Shown: positions 20,092 to 30,201 of the stretch, one piece after another
How the letters are laid out: each line of letters begins with the position of its first letter
How positions within the stretch are numbered: position 1 is the first letter of the stretch
Source: Anaerolineae bacterium
GTDB taxonomy: Bacteria; Chloroflexota; Anaerolineae; SpSt-600
Assembly: GCA_025062375.1 (NCBI GenBank)
Contig: JANXAG010000003.1
Coordinates: forward strand, 35,613 to 99,612
Reading direction: 5' to 3'
Length of the DNA: 64,000 nucleotides
Made by a program: the position numbers and the translations under genes
Notes under the pieces: generated by a model
What the model was told of the DNA's origin: nothing
Databases searched by the model: none
The model's input: the letters and a program-made list of their open reading frames with translations, nothing else

Positions 20092-21100
20092 CTAAATACT
20101 CCAAGATTTTAGCGGCCCCCCTTACCACACAGGTTATCGGATCTTCGGCCACGTAAACTTTAATCTTGAGTTCTTCGCTCAGCCTCCGGTCAAGGCCTTT
20201 GAGGAGAGCTCCTCCTCCCACCAGAGCAATACCCCTTTCCATAAGATCGGCCACGAGTTCAGGAGGTGTATCATCCAGGACATCTTTGGCCGCATCGATT
20301 ATAGCGGAAAGGGAACCAGAAATTGCCTCCCTTATTTCCACACTGGAAACTTCCACCTCATCGGGGAGGCCAGTGATGAGGTTGCGTCCTCTTAGGACAA
20401 AGGTTTCCTCCTTAGGCAAGGGGTAAGCCGAGCCTATGGCTATCTTGGCCTGCTCCGCCATCCTCTCCCCTATCAGGAGATTGTATTTCTGCTTAGCGTA
20501 GCGAATTATATCCTCGTCCATCTCGTCACCAGCCACCCTTATGGAAGCACTTTGAACGATTCCTCCCAGGGATAAAACGGCGATTTCAGTGGTCCCCCCT
20601 CCAACGTCAATGACCATACTGCCCACGGAATCGTTTATCGGCAGGTCAGCTCCAATGGCAGCAGCTACGGGTTCTTCTACAAGGTAAACTTCTCTGGCCC
20701 CCGCACTTACGACTGCATCGTAAACCGCTTTCTTCTCCACCTCGGTCACTCCACTGGGTATACCCACTATAACCCTGGGCCTTGGGATCCGAAAAAGGAG
20801 CTTTTCGTGGACTTTGCGGATAAAGTAATGGATCATTGCCTCAGTGACGTCAAAATCGGAAATAACCCCATCTCTTATGGGCCTCACCGCCTCTATGGTG
20901 ACCGGAGTTCTGCCGAGCATTTCCTTGGCTTCTGCACCTATGGCCAAGATTTTACCGCTTTCCTTTTCCAGGGCCACAATGGAAGGTTCATTGATTAAAA
21001 TCCCTTTGCCCTTAACGGCTACCAGAGTTGTGGCTGTTCCGAGGTCAATAGCCATATCAAAGGAGAAAAGACCAAGGAAAGCATTCACAGGGTTAAACAC
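20051..21100 (-). CDS. mreB: rod shape-determining actin homolog MreB (GTG start)
   Basis: IDLGTATTLV, IGIPSGVTEVEKKAV and VIDVGGGTTEIAV actin-fold motifs. AAGGAG lies 9 nt upstream of the GTG. Confidence 0.9.
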   Translation of the reverse strand: MFNPVNAFLGLFSFDMAIDLGTATTLVAVKGKGILINEPSIVALEKESGKILAIGAEAKEMLGRTPVTIEAVRPIRDGVISDFDVTEAMIHYFIRKVHEKLLFRIPRPRVIVGIPSGVTEVEKKAVYDAVVSAGAREVYLVEEPVAAAIGADLPINDSVGSMVIDVGGGTTEIAVLSLGGIVQSASIRVAGDEMDEDIIRYAKQKYNLLIGERMAEQAKIAIGSAYPLPKEETFVLRGRNLITGLPDEVEVSSVEIREAISGSLSAIIDAAKDVLDDTPPELVADLMERGIALVGGGALLKGLDRRLSEELKIKVYVAEDPITCVVRGAAKILEYLDVYYKVLSGLRRG

Positions 21101-21130
21101 TTTTCCTCACTCCTTGCCCGATTTTAGCCC

Positions 21131-21160
21131 ATTATACCACACAAAGGAAAGGTTAGCCAA
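21131..21160 (-). promoter_or_regulatory. predicted mreB promoter with extended -10 (minus strand TGGTATAAT)
   Basis: The minus-strand reading TTGGCT-18-TATAAT is preceded by TG, about 30 nt upstream of the mreB start. Confidence 0.4.
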
Positions 21161-21541
21161 AAATTTGAAGTCAGGCCCTTCGGAATTAACCTAAACGCAA
21201 GAGGTTTGAAATGTACACCCCTGGAGAACTTCAGAGGGGCAGGTGAAACCCACCCGATATTTTTTCGGCCAGGCTTTAATTGCGTTGAGCGTGTGGATCG
21301 TGGTGGTTGTGAATGCGGGCTTAATTAGCCCAATCAACTGTTTAGGCTGGAGGGTTTAGGAAGGGGCATAACGACCTTGCTACGAAACGGTCTTTATTCC
21401 AGGGGCAGGTCGGTCTATCACGTCCCACCTTATTTTGCCACGTTGAGAAGATATAAGGAGCGGGTTACAGTCACCCGCAGTTTGCTGCGGCAGAGGCCCA
21501 GAGCTACAGCAAAACTCCGCAGAAAAAAGGCCAGGAGATGC

Positions 21542-21570
21542 TTGCATACAGACCATGGCTCGGATAAAAT
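21542..21570 (+). promoter_or_regulatory. predicted promoter of the aor gene (TTGCAT-17-TAAAAT)
   Basis: -35 at 21542-21547, -10 at 21565-21570. RBS AAGGAGG at 21595-21601. Confidence 0.5.
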
Positions 21571-21605
21571 GAGATAAACCAAATTCCCCAGGCCAAGGAG
21601 GTGCT

Positions 21606-23462
21606 ATGCCCTACGGTTACACCGGGAAAATTCTCCACGTTAACCTTTCAACGGGATCTTTTGGGATAGAAGAAACCGATGAACTGTTCCGGCGCTACTT
21701 TTTCGGAGGATGGGGTTTTATCCTCCACTATCTCTTCAAAGAGATGGATCCATCTGCAGACCCCCTGGGGCCAGACAACGTTCTGGTCTTTTCCACAGGC
21801 CCCATAACCGGTGCCCCTATATCTGGAAGCGGGCGCCATGCCGTTGGAGCAAAGTCTCCGCTTACAGGAGGATTTGGAGCTTCGGAAGCGGGGGGGTTCT
21901 GGGGTGCTGAGCTTAAGAGGGCTGGCTTTGATGCTATAGTTATAAAGGGCAAAGCCCCTTCACCAGTATACCTATGGCTCCACAATGGCCAGGTGGAAAT
22001 ACGAGAAGCATCTCACCTCTGGGGAAAAACCACAGCCGAAGTCCAGGAACTCCTTCACCAGGAACTCGGGGACAGAAGCATTAAGATTGCTCAGATAGGC
22101 CCGGCGGGCGAGAACCTCGTCCGCTATGCCTGCATAACTCATGACCTGCGGCACTTTGCTGGAAGGTGCGGCCTGGGGGCAGTGATGGGCTCCAAAAACC
22201 TAAGAGCCATCGCCGTAAAGGGAGAAGGCAAATTGGAAGTGGCCGACCCTGACCGTCTTGCCAACATAAGGCAGTGGCTCAGTAAGAACGATGAAGCCCT
22301 TCTGGCCGGATTCCGCCACACAGGGACAGCAGGCATCCTTCCATACCTCAATGCTGCAGGAGGACTCCCCACCCGTAATTTCACCCGGGGCCACTTTGAA
22401 GGGGCCGATGAAATTTCTGGGCAGAAAATGGCTGAAACTATCTTAGTGGATAGGGGAAGCTGTTATGCCTGTATTGTCCGCTGCAAAAGGGTTGTAGAGG
22501 TTAGAGAAGGCCCATACCCCGTGGATCCGGTATACGGTGGACCCGAATACGAGACCATCGCTGCTTTGGGCTCATCCTGCGGGATAAGCGACCTCAAAGC
22601 TATTGCCAGAGCTAATCAGCTCTGTGGAGCTTATGGCCTTGACACCATATCCGCTGGAGTTACCATAGCTTTTGCAATGGAATGTGGAGAAAAAGGGTTG
22701 CTCAAAAGCGATGAAGTGGACCTCCGTTTTGGCGACCCTGAAACCCTTCTCAAACTTCTGGAAATGATTGCCTTCCGTCGTGGTCTGGGAGATTTGCTGG
22801 CCGAAGGGGTCAGAAGGGCCGCCGGAAAGATAGGACCTGAAGCCTACCCTCTGGCTATGGAAATAAAAGGCCAGGAAATACCCATGCACGAACCCCGTTT
22901 CAAGCAGGCCCTCGGCCTCGGCTACGCCATCAGCCCAACCGGAGCTGACCACAACCACAACGTCCATGATGATGGTTATGTCAAGGAAACCAGAAGCGCC
23001 TTCCGCAAAGCACGTGCCTTGGGCGTCCTTGAACCCCTCCCCCGCAATGACCTCGGTCCCGGTAAGGTTCGCCTTTTCTTCTACGAGCTCCTCTGGCAAA
23101 TAGGCTATGAACTCTGGGGTCTGTGCCGCTTCCTGCCTTACGATAAACACCAGGTTTGTGAAATCCTGCAGGCTGTAACAGGGTGGGATGTAAGCATATG
23201 GGAAATGATGAAAGCGGGCCAGCGCATTTACACCCTGGCCCGAATATTCAACATCAAAGCCGGATTCTCTCCTTCTGACGACCGCCTCCCGGAGCGTTTC
23301 TTTGAACCTTTCGTTGATGGCCCCCTGGCGGGCGAAGCTATAAACCCCGAAGCTTTTCAGAAAGCCAAAGAGCTCCTGTACGGAATGATGGGATGGGACC
23401 CGCAAACAGGCATGCCTTACCCCCATACCCTGGCGGAGCTGGACATTAAGTTCAATCTTTGA
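21606..23462 (+). CDS. aor: tungsten-containing aldehyde:ferredoxin oxidoreductase (AOR family)
   Basis: 618 aa with an AOR N-terminal domain (MPYGYTGKILHVNLSTG..) and Cys ligands for the 4Fe-4S cluster and tungstopterin (CYACIVRCKR, ..LCRF..). Confidence 0.85.
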   Translation: MPYGYTGKILHVNLSTGSFGIEETDELFRRYFFGGWGFILHYLFKEMDPSADPLGPDNVLVFSTGPITGAPISGSGRHAVGAKSPLTGGFGASEAGGFWGAELKRAGFDAIVIKGKAPSPVYLWLHNGQVEIREASHLWGKTTAEVQELLHQELGDRSIKIAQIGPAGENLVRYACITHDLRHFAGRCGLGAVMGSKNLRAIAVKGEGKLEVADPDRLANIRQWLSKNDEALLAGFRHTGTAGILPYLNAAGGLPTRNFTRGHFEGADEISGQKMAETILVDRGSCYACIVRCKRVVEVREGPYPVDPVYGGPEYETIAALGSSCGISDLKAIARANQLCGAYGLDTISAGVTIAFAMECGEKGLLKSDEVDLRFGDPETLLKLLEMIAFRRGLGDLLAEGVRRAAGKIGPEAYPLAMEIKGQEIPMHEPRFKQALGLGYAISPTGADHNHNVHDDGYVKETRSAFRKARALGVLEPLPRNDLGPGKVRLFFYELLWQIGYELWGLCRFLPYDKHQVCEILQAVTGWDVSIWEMMKAGQRIYTLARIFNIKAGFSPSDDRLPERFFEPFVDGPLAGEAINPEAFQKAKELLYGMMGWDPQTGMPYPHTLAELDIKFNL

Positions 23463-23512
23463 AGGAGGGAAGCCTTTAACCGGTGTGTGCAGCAGCCGCA
23501 ACTTTAAGGTAT

Positions 23513-23545
23513 TTTGACAAAAAATACGGGAAAGGTTAAACTTTC
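23513..23545 (+). promoter_or_regulatory. predicted hisS promoter (TTGACA-17-TAAACT)
   Basis: A consensus -35 with an acceptable -10, about 30 nt upstream of the hisS start. Confidence 0.4.
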
Positions 23546-23571
23546 ACAAACCACTTGAGCTGGAGGAAGAA

Positions 23572-24855
23572 GTGTTATATAAAGCCCCAAGGGGAACGCA
23601 GGATATTTTGCCTCAAGAGCAGCCATACTGGATTCACGTCAGAAATACTGCTCTACGTTTGCTGCACCTCTACGGCTACCAGCCAATAGATGTACCTATC
23701 TTTGAAGACACAAGGCTTTTCGTCAGAAGCGTGGGGGAAACCACCGATATCGTGGAAAAAGAAATGTATACTTTCCTGGATAAAGGGGGTGATTCCCTCA
23801 CTCTGCGGCCAGAATTCACAGCAGGAGTAGTCAGAGCTTACATAGAGCATGGTATGCATCTGTGGCCCCAGCCTGTCCGCCTGTACTCCATAGGCCCCGC
23901 CTTCCGCTATGAAAGACCTCAGGCTGGGCGTTTCCGCCAGTTCCACCAGATTAATGTGGAAGCTCTGGGGGAAGGGGATCCGGCCCTGGACTTTGAAGTC
24001 ATGAGCCTGGCCTGGCAACTTTACGAGGAACTGGGCTTCAAAGGCCTCTCCTTTCAAGTTAACAGCACCGGTTGCCCTATATGCCGCCCCTCCTATGTCG
24101 CTGCCCTTAAGGATTACTACAAGGATAAAATTTCCTCCATATGCGAGGATTGCCAGAGGCGTCTTGAACGCAATCCCCTGAGGCTGTTAGACTGCAAAAA
24201 TGAGCAGTGTCAGCCCTTCATCGCGGAAGCTCCCAAAATGATGGATTTCCTGTGCGATGAATGCGCCTCCCACTTCCGCACCCTGCTGGGTTACCTCGAT
24301 ATGGAAGGCCACCCCTATACCCTGAACCACCGCCTGGTACGAGGGCTAGATTATTACACCAAAACGGTGTTTGAAGTCTGGGCTGAAGGTATAGGAGCTC
24401 AGAATGCCGTTTGCGGAGGGGGCCGATACGATGGCCTTGCTCAGGAGCTTGGAGGCCCCCCAACGCCAGGAGTTGGTTTCGCTGCTGGGATTGAGCGAAT
24501 CGTAATGATCATGAAACATCAGGGAATAAAAGTCCAGCCCATTGAAGGGCCAAAAGTTTTTATAGCTTTCGCTAACGAAACCCTTAAAAAAGAGGCAGTG
24601 AAACTAACCTCCAGACTGAGGCGTTTCGGCATTGCTGCCACCCACGCCCTGGGTGATCGCTCTCTGAAAGCGCAGCTCAGAAGAGCCGATAAGGCTGGCG
24701 TCCTCTACACCGTTATAATAGGAGAAGAAGAACTCGCCCGTGGAAATGTCAGCGTGCGAAACATGAGCGATGGCACTCAAAGGGAAGTGAGGATTGAGGA
24801 GCTAAACCAATGGCTTGAGGAAGCCCTTTCGCGATTTCCGGTGTTTGTCCCCTGA
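23572..24855 (+). CDS. hisS: histidine--tRNA ligase
   Basis: Class II aaRS motifs and a HisRS N-terminus (MLYKAPRGTQDILPQE), plus a C-terminal anticodon-binding domain. Confidence 0.9.
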   Translation: MLYKAPRGTQDILPQEQPYWIHVRNTALRLLHLYGYQPIDVPIFEDTRLFVRSVGETTDIVEKEMYTFLDKGGDSLTLRPEFTAGVVRAYIEHGMHLWPQPVRLYSIGPAFRYERPQAGRFRQFHQINVEALGEGDPALDFEVMSLAWQLYEELGFKGLSFQVNSTGCPICRPSYVAALKDYYKDKISSICEDCQRRLERNPLRLLDCKNEQCQPFIAEAPKMMDFLCDECASHFRTLLGYLDMEGHPYTLNHRLVRGLDYYTKTVFEVWAEGIGAQNAVCGGGRYDGLAQELGGPPTPGVGFAAGIERIVMIMKHQGIKVQPIEGPKVFIAFANETLKKEAVKLTSRLRRFGIAATHALGDRSLKAQLRRADKAGVLYTVIIGEEELARGNVSVRNMSDGTQREVRIEELNQWLEEALSRFPVFVP

Positions 24856-24895
24856 AAAAGGCGCACACGAGCTTCTGCTAAGCCTCTTTTAGGTC

Positions 24896-26428
24896 TCAAG
24901 GACAGGGTTCAGGAGGCGAAGAAATACCCAGTTCCCACGGGTGTACGGGAGAACTCAGACGGTAATATACCCGGAAATTTTTCACTGTAACTTCTTCCCA
25001 GGTAATTCCAAGAGCCTGGAAGCCTTTTCTGAGAGCCTGGTCCAGGGCTGGTGGGCCGCTGGTTACGTAAGCTATATCCTCGCTCCGCACTACTAAACAA
25101 GTATACAAGGGGTAACGGTCATCCCACGGAGAATAGCGCAAGTCAAAATGATATGGAAGACGCGGGGCAAAAATCAGCTTTTCTCCGGATAAAAAAGCTA
25201 AAGGGTAAGCAATCCAGTAGTTTGTGTATCCGTGAACAAGACGGTTTCTCTCCAAGAATTCCGCGAGCTCTGGCAATCCGCTCAAGTCAATGCGGCTGGC
25301 AAAATTGAATTGAGGGTTCAAAAAGCCTGGTCCCCACGTTAGGATTAAAAGGCTTAAAGCATAATAGCCTGTGAAGCCCCAGAGCAAAATGGCGCGTAAT
25401 TTACGTTGAGAAACTTGCGAGATGCTTCCAGCCAGAAAAAGAATCCAGGCATGTGTGGAAGGCAGGGCATAGCGTCCGGAAACGTCCCCGGCAAAAGGGG
25501 TAGCCCACCACAAAAAGAGATTGAATCCAGCCAAAACCAGAGGCCAGGTCAGAGCCGAACTAATGGGTTTGCGGGTCACCTTTACAAGAAGCAGGAAAAG
25601 TAGCAGAGGAACCACTGCCAGCGGCCCGCCGATAAAGATAAATTCCCAGGGTGGGCGCACTCCCATCACGACTGTGAACCACGCCAGGACTAACAGGCCA
25701 AGGCGTTGCAGGGGATCGCTAAGCAATGGATGCTGGGGAACGCGAGCTCCCCTTAGGTCCGCCAGGACCGCGTACAATCCTTTTGACCCGATGTGTAAGA
25801 GATAAGGGATGAGCCCTATGGTTAAGCCAGCAGCGAGACCTGCCCAGAAAGGCCATCGAACCTGTAAGCCACGCCATTGTTTGTAAAGCAAAATGAAAGC
25901 CAGTGGCAAAACGTAGATAGCAGTAAGGTGAGTGCACCAGAGGCCGATGCCCGCCAAACTTCCCCAGAGGAAACCGTCCCGCAGCAAGATGCGCTGTCTT
26001 TGTGAGCAGCGCCAAGTCCACCAGAGCAAAACAGATCCAAAAAATAAGGCCTCACCATAACCACCCAACGAAAAAGCTGTGTAGAGAAGAAACCCCACAG
26101 GTGGAAAGAGAAGAAGCAATAGAACAGGACACTGGCTTGATTTTCCCGCCACCTCGTAAAGCCACGCTGCGGAAAAAACCATGGTGCCTGCATATAGCAA
26201 AGCCTGAACCATCCGGATCACCGTTACCGATTCGCCGAAGAGGGCAAAACCCAGGGCAGTTAGATAAGCATCAAGAGCTCCCATGTAGGATTGTCCGTAG
26301 AAAAACAAGGGGCGTTCTCCCTGGAGAATGTGGCGAGCCATGAGGGCCACTACAGCTTCATCGGCGTGAAAGGGTAGTTCATCCTTCCACCATAAAATCA
26401 AACGCAAAAGCACCGCTGCCACCAGCAT
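24896..26428 (-). CDS. polytopic membrane glycosyltransferase, GT39/ArnT/PMT-like (DUF2723-type) paralog
   Basis: More than 10 TM helices in the N-terminal two-thirds and a soluble C-terminal domain. The ORF track extends to 26608, but the first 60 residues are atypically basic, so I chose the internal ATG at 26428 (MLVAAVLL..). Confidence 0.55.
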   Translation of the reverse strand: MLVAAVLLRLILWWKDELPFHADEAVVALMARHILQGERPLFFYGQSYMGALDAYLTALGFALFGESVTVIRMVQALLYAGTMVFSAAWLYEVAGKSSQCPVLLLLLFPPVGFLLYTAFSLGGYGEALFFGSVLLWWTWRCSQRQRILLRDGFLWGSLAGIGLWCTHLTAIYVLPLAFILLYKQWRGLQVRWPFWAGLAAGLTIGLIPYLLHIGSKGLYAVLADLRGARVPQHPLLSDPLQRLGLLVLAWFTVVMGVRPPWEFIFIGGPLAVVPLLLFLLLVKVTRKPISSALTWPLVLAGFNLFLWWATPFAGDVSGRYALPSTHAWILFLAGSISQVSQRKLRAILLWGFTGYYALSLLILTWGPGFLNPQFNFASRIDLSGLPELAEFLERNRLVHGYTNYWIAYPLAFLSGEKLIFAPRLPYHFDLRYSPWDDRYPLYTCLVVRSEDIAYVTSGPPALDQALRKGFQALGITWEEVTVKNFRVYYRLSSPVHPWELGISSPPEPCP

Positions 26429-26836
26429 CGGAGCCCAGCACACTTTATCCTCCAGCCATTTGGAGAAGGCTCTTCGAACAAGTTTTCGGGACGAGGCACC
26501 TTGAGTTTTGGCCTTCAGGGCCACCTTGCACCTCTGCAATGGCCTCCCCTGATGGGCGGAATTCTGGACTGCTGTGCAATGGGGTACAAAGCCAGCTCTA
26601 AACCTCACAGCTCAGTAATTGCTCCTTTCCGTTAGCCAGAGGTTCCTGGAGAAAGAAGCATCACCCAACCCTAAAATCCAGGGAAAAACACTGCCCATAG
26701 CAAACCTGACCCGCAGGTAAATATATCAGATGACCACGGTGGGAAGCAAGAGAAAGGTGCAGCCAGAGTTCAATAGCAACCAGGGCAGCTCTACAGGCGA
26801 AGCGACGCCTCTACCACCTGATGGCGCCTTCTGGCT

Positions 26837-26865
26837 TTTGCGCCCGTTTCGGGCTATGGTATAAT
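26837..26865 (+). promoter_or_regulatory. predicted promoter with extended -10 (TGGTATAAT) for the citrate synthase-like gene
   Basis: TTTGCG-17-TATAAT with an upstream TG. Because of this promoter, the true start is more likely the ATG at 26901 (RBS AAAGGAG) than 26868. Confidence 0.4.
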
Positions 26866-26900
26866 CTTTGGCGCTTTTGAACCCTTATAAAGGAGAAAAG

Positions 26901-27686
26901 ATGGCAACCCGTCGCTATTTCTGGCGAACTTCCATAACCTATTTTGAACCAAACGTTATCCGCATCCGCGGTTACGCCATAGAGGAGTTAATAGCCAGGC
27001 TTTCCTTCGGCGACGTTTTCTACCTCCTGATTAAAGGAGAAGTTCCCAGACGTAACGAAGGAAAATTGATAGAGGCGATCCTGGTTTCCTGTTGCGACCA
27101 CGGTTTCCTTGCCCCTTCGGTAAATGCCGCCAGGTTCGCAGCCTCCAGTGGAGTACCCCTCCCTCAGGCGATAGCTGCAGGACTCTTAGCCATTGGCAAA
27201 TACCATGGAGGAGCGATAGAGGACTGCGCTTTCTTTCTTAAAACAATAGCCGAATCCAGTTCACCCCTGGAAGAAGCCCGCAGGATAATCAGAGAAAAGC
27301 TCTCCCAGGGGGAACGTATCCCCGGTTATGGCCACCCCATCCACACTACTGACCCCCGCATTGAGGCCCTTGTTCGCAAAGCCAGGGAATTGGGTTTTGC
27401 TGGAAGCTACGTGGATCTTGCTTTTGAAGTGGAGAAAATCGTCAGAGAGGAAACGGGTAAGCCCATAACGATGAATGTAGATGGAGTTATAGCGGCGCTG
27501 GTGCTGGAAATCGGCTTTGACCCCCGTATAGCTTCGGCCTTCTTCCTCATCTCCAGAACTTTAGGGCTTGTGGCCCACGTATATGAAGAAACTGTCAGGG
27601 AAAAGCCTTTCCGAACTGTGCCGGAGGGAGACATCCTCTACGATGGCCCTCCGCCTCGCTCTTTAGACTTTCCCAATAATCCCTGA
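26901..27686 (+). CDS. short citrate synthase-like protein (citryl-CoA lyase-like, about 260 aa)
   Basis: Citrate-synthase fold residues (..GYGHPIH.., ..HVYEE..) in a truncated roughly 260-aa form. This resembles the citryl-CoA lyase lineage rather than a full citrate synthase. Confidence 0.65.
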   Translation: MATRRYFWRTSITYFEPNVIRIRGYAIEELIARLSFGDVFYLLIKGEVPRRNEGKLIEAILVSCCDHGFLAPSVNAARFAASSGVPLPQAIAAGLLAIGKYHGGAIEDCAFFLKTIAESSSPLEEARRIIREKLSQGERIPGYGHPIHTTDPRIEALVRKARELGFAGSYVDLAFEVEKIVREETGKPITMNVDGVIAALVLEIGFDPRIASAFFLISRTLGLVAHVYEETVREKPFRTVPEGDILYDGPPPRSLDFPNNP

Positions 27687-27701
27687 AAAGGAGGAATAAC
27701 C

Positions 27702-28916
27702 ATGGATTTTAGCTGGAGCGAAGAGGAAAAGATTTGGCGCAGCACCGTAAGAGATTTCGCCCAGAAGGTAATAGCCCCCAGAGCAAGAGAAATAGATACA
27801 GAAGAACGCATCCCCGAGGACATAATCAAGGGGATGGCTGAGCTCGGGCTTCTGGCTTTAACCGTCTCAGAAGAGTACGGAGGTATGGGAGCCTCCTGGA
27901 CTATGGCAGCCATTGCCGCAGAGGAGCTCGGCCGGGCCGATATAAGCCTTGCTGTTCCTGTGCTGTACCTTGTGGAAGCTGCATGGGGCTTCATCTTTGA
28001 CCGCTACGGCACACCCCAGGCTAAGGAGGAGTACCTCCCGCGAGTCACCAGAGGCGAGGCTTTCCTGGGAATCGCCACCACTGAGCCGGAAGGGGGCTCC
28101 GATATCCTCGGTGCTTGCCGCACCAGAGCGGTTAAAGAGGGAAACTCCTGGGTCCTGAACGGAGAAAAGGTCTATATAAGCGGGGTGCTGGAATCCCTCC
28201 GCTGGGGTGGTATACACCTCACCCTGGCTCGTACTGATTTCCGCCCCGAAGCAGGACATCGGGCCTTCACCTTCTTCGCCGTTCCCCTCAAAGATACGCC
28301 CGGTATCACTACCACCCGATTTGTAGACATGGGAAGGATGGGCATATCCACTGGCGGTTTCCATATGGATAACGTCCGCATCCCCGAACACTATATGGTG
28401 GGTGAATTTAACCGTGGTTTCTACCACGCTATGGAAGGCTTTACCGCCGCCCGGGTCCTCATCGGTGCTACCTGTATCGGCGCTACAGAAGCGGTTCTGG
28501 AAATGGGGATAGAGCACATAAAGCAGCGACACGCTTTTGGCCGCCCCCTTGCTTCCTATGAAGGAATTCAGTTCCCCCTGGCTGAACATTACGCCAACCT
28601 GGAACGCAACCGCCTCCTGGTCTATAAAGCTGCATGGATGCTGGACAAGCTTTACCAGGAGAAAGCTTTCACCCATCACGAGACAGCCCTCGTAGCCGCC
28701 ATGGTCAAGCTGAGAACGCCTATCGATGGCTTTGCTGCCATGAACGAAGTGGCTGATTGGTTCGGAGCCCTTGCGTATACCAAAGAGGCGCCCATTGAGA
28801 TGGCTATAAGAGGGATTCGGTCCTATTCTATCGGTGCAGAGGGAGCTCAGAACATAATGCGCCTCATCATCGCCCGGGAAATATTGGGGCCAGAATTCCT
28901 GCCTTACAGACGATGA
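27702..28916 (+). CDS. acyl-CoA dehydrogenase
   Basis: 404 aa ACAD fold with N-terminal helical, middle beta and C-terminal helical domains (..GIATTEPEGGSD.., ..YEGIQFPLAEH..). Confidence 0.85.
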   Translation: MDFSWSEEEKIWRSTVRDFAQKVIAPRAREIDTEERIPEDIIKGMAELGLLALTVSEEYGGMGASWTMAAIAAEELGRADISLAVPVLYLVEAAWGFIFDRYGTPQAKEEYLPRVTRGEAFLGIATTEPEGGSDILGACRTRAVKEGNSWVLNGEKVYISGVLESLRWGGIHLTLARTDFRPEAGHRAFTFFAVPLKDTPGITTTRFVDMGRMGISTGGFHMDNVRIPEHYMVGEFNRGFYHAMEGFTAARVLIGATCIGATEAVLEMGIEHIKQRHAFGRPLASYEGIQFPLAEHYANLERNRLLVYKAAWMLDKLYQEKAFTHHETALVAAMVKLRTPIDGFAAMNEVADWFGALAYTKEAPIEMAIRGIRSYSIGAEGAQNIMRLIIAREILGPEFLPYRR

Positions 28917-30007
28917 GCAAACTTGAGCTTTTGCTGGATTCCGAAATAAACTCTAGCGAGTGGGATGATTTCACACGGCACGCCCAGTATGGGCATCTCC
29001 TCCAGAGCTCTCTCTGGGGAAAGCTAAAGGAGGGCTTCGGCTGGAAGGCAAGCCGGATTCTGCTTTTAGAAAATGGCTTCCCTCTGGCCGGAGCCCAGAT
29101 TCTCTTCAGACCCCTCCTGCCAGGTCTCTGCAAGCCCGTGGTGGCCTATGTGCCCAGAGGCCCGATTTTACCGCCTGAAGAGGGAGAAATTTCCAGGGTT
29201 CTACTGGGTGCCATCCATATCCGGGCCCGAGAAGAAGGTGCTATATTCCTCAAAATTGAACCCGATTGGGTTGAATTTTCCTGGCCTGAAAGGATAGAGG
29301 AGCCTTCTCACTGCCAGCATTCTATTCCTTTGCAAAAGTGGGGTTTCATTCCAGCTCGCACCATTCAGCCCCGCAGCACCATAATCCTTGACATTTCAGT
29401 GCCGGAAGAAGAAATCTTGTCCAGAATGAAACACAAAACCCGCTACAACATTCGGCTTGCCTCCCGGAAAGGGGTCAGGGTGCGCAGAGGCAGTACCGAT
29501 GATTTGCCCGTCTTTTACGCCCTGATGGAGATAACCTCAAAGCGCGACCGATTCGGAATCCATACCTGTGACTACTATCGGAAAGCCCTGGAACTTTTCG
29601 CCCCTTCTGGCGATGCGATCCTCCTCCTGGCAGAATATGAGGGGGAGGTTCTGGCAGGGCTTATGGCCTTCAAATGGGGAAAAAGGGCTTTCTATATGTA
29701 CGGAGCCTCCTCCAACTTCCACCGAAATCTCATGCCCAACCACCTCCTTCAGTGGGAAGCCATTCTCTGGGCCAAAAATGCAGGCTGCCTGACCTACGAC
29801 CTCTGGGGCATACCTGATGAAGTGGGACAGGATCCAAAGCGTTACTGGGACGAACCCCCGGAACGCCACGACGGTCTATGGGGGGTTTACAGGTTCAAAC
29901 GGGGATTCGGAGGTAATGTGGTCCGTTACACAGGAGCATGGGATTACGTCTACTCACCCGCCTGGTATACCCTTTACAGGCTGGCCTTAAAATTCCTCAG
30001 ACCTTAA
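28913..30007 (+). CDS. FemAB-family peptidoglycan interpeptide-bridge aminoacyltransferase
   Basis: 364 aa with two GNAT-like lobes typical of FemX/FemAB (..LQSSLWGKLKEGFGW.., ..FYMYGASS..). Confidence 0.7.
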   Translation: MSKLELLLDSEINSSEWDDFTRHAQYGHLLQSSLWGKLKEGFGWKASRILLLENGFPLAGAQILFRPLLPGLCKPVVAYVPRGPILPPEEGEISRVLLGAIHIRAREEGAIFLKIEPDWVEFSWPERIEEPSHCQHSIPLQKWGFIPARTIQPRSTIILDISVPEEEILSRMKHKTRYNIRLASRKGVRVRRGSTDDLPVFYALMEITSKRDRFGIHTCDYYRKALELFAPSGDAILLLAEYEGEVLAGLMAFKWGKRAFYMYGASSNFHRNLMPNHLLQWEAILWAKNAGCLTYDLWGIPDEVGQDPKRYWDEPPERHDGLWGVYRFKRGFGGNVVRYTGAWDYVYSPAWYTLYRLALKFLRP

Positions 30008-30153
30008 ACAGAGCACAATTTATTGAAAAACGCCTCTAGACCCCCTGGGAAAAGCTCTTAAACCTACTCTGCCTCAGATTACCCTGCGAGCGGGAGAGCG
30101 CCCGATGCTTTCAAGAGATATTCCGAATCCGCTTACTCATGGATTACAGGATT

Positions 30154-30182
30154 TTGGCCCCAGGCCTAAGCCAGGGTATAAT
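30154..30182 (+). promoter_or_regulatory. predicted promoter (TTGGCC-17-TATAAT)
   Basis: A consensus -10 at 30177-30182, 20 nt upstream of RBS AAGGAGG and the TTG start at 30202. Confidence 0.45.
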
Positions 30183-30201
30183 TTAGAAAAACTATAAGGA
30201 G

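Noticed and set aside
21377-21577. 66-aa basic ORF in the mreB-aor intergenic region
   Set aside because: Arg/Lys-rich low-complexity translation that overlaps the predicted aor promoter. No RBS.
23462-23572. T-box leader upstream of hisS
   Set aside because: The intergenic space is only about 110 nt, is occupied by a promoter, and has no T-box consensus.
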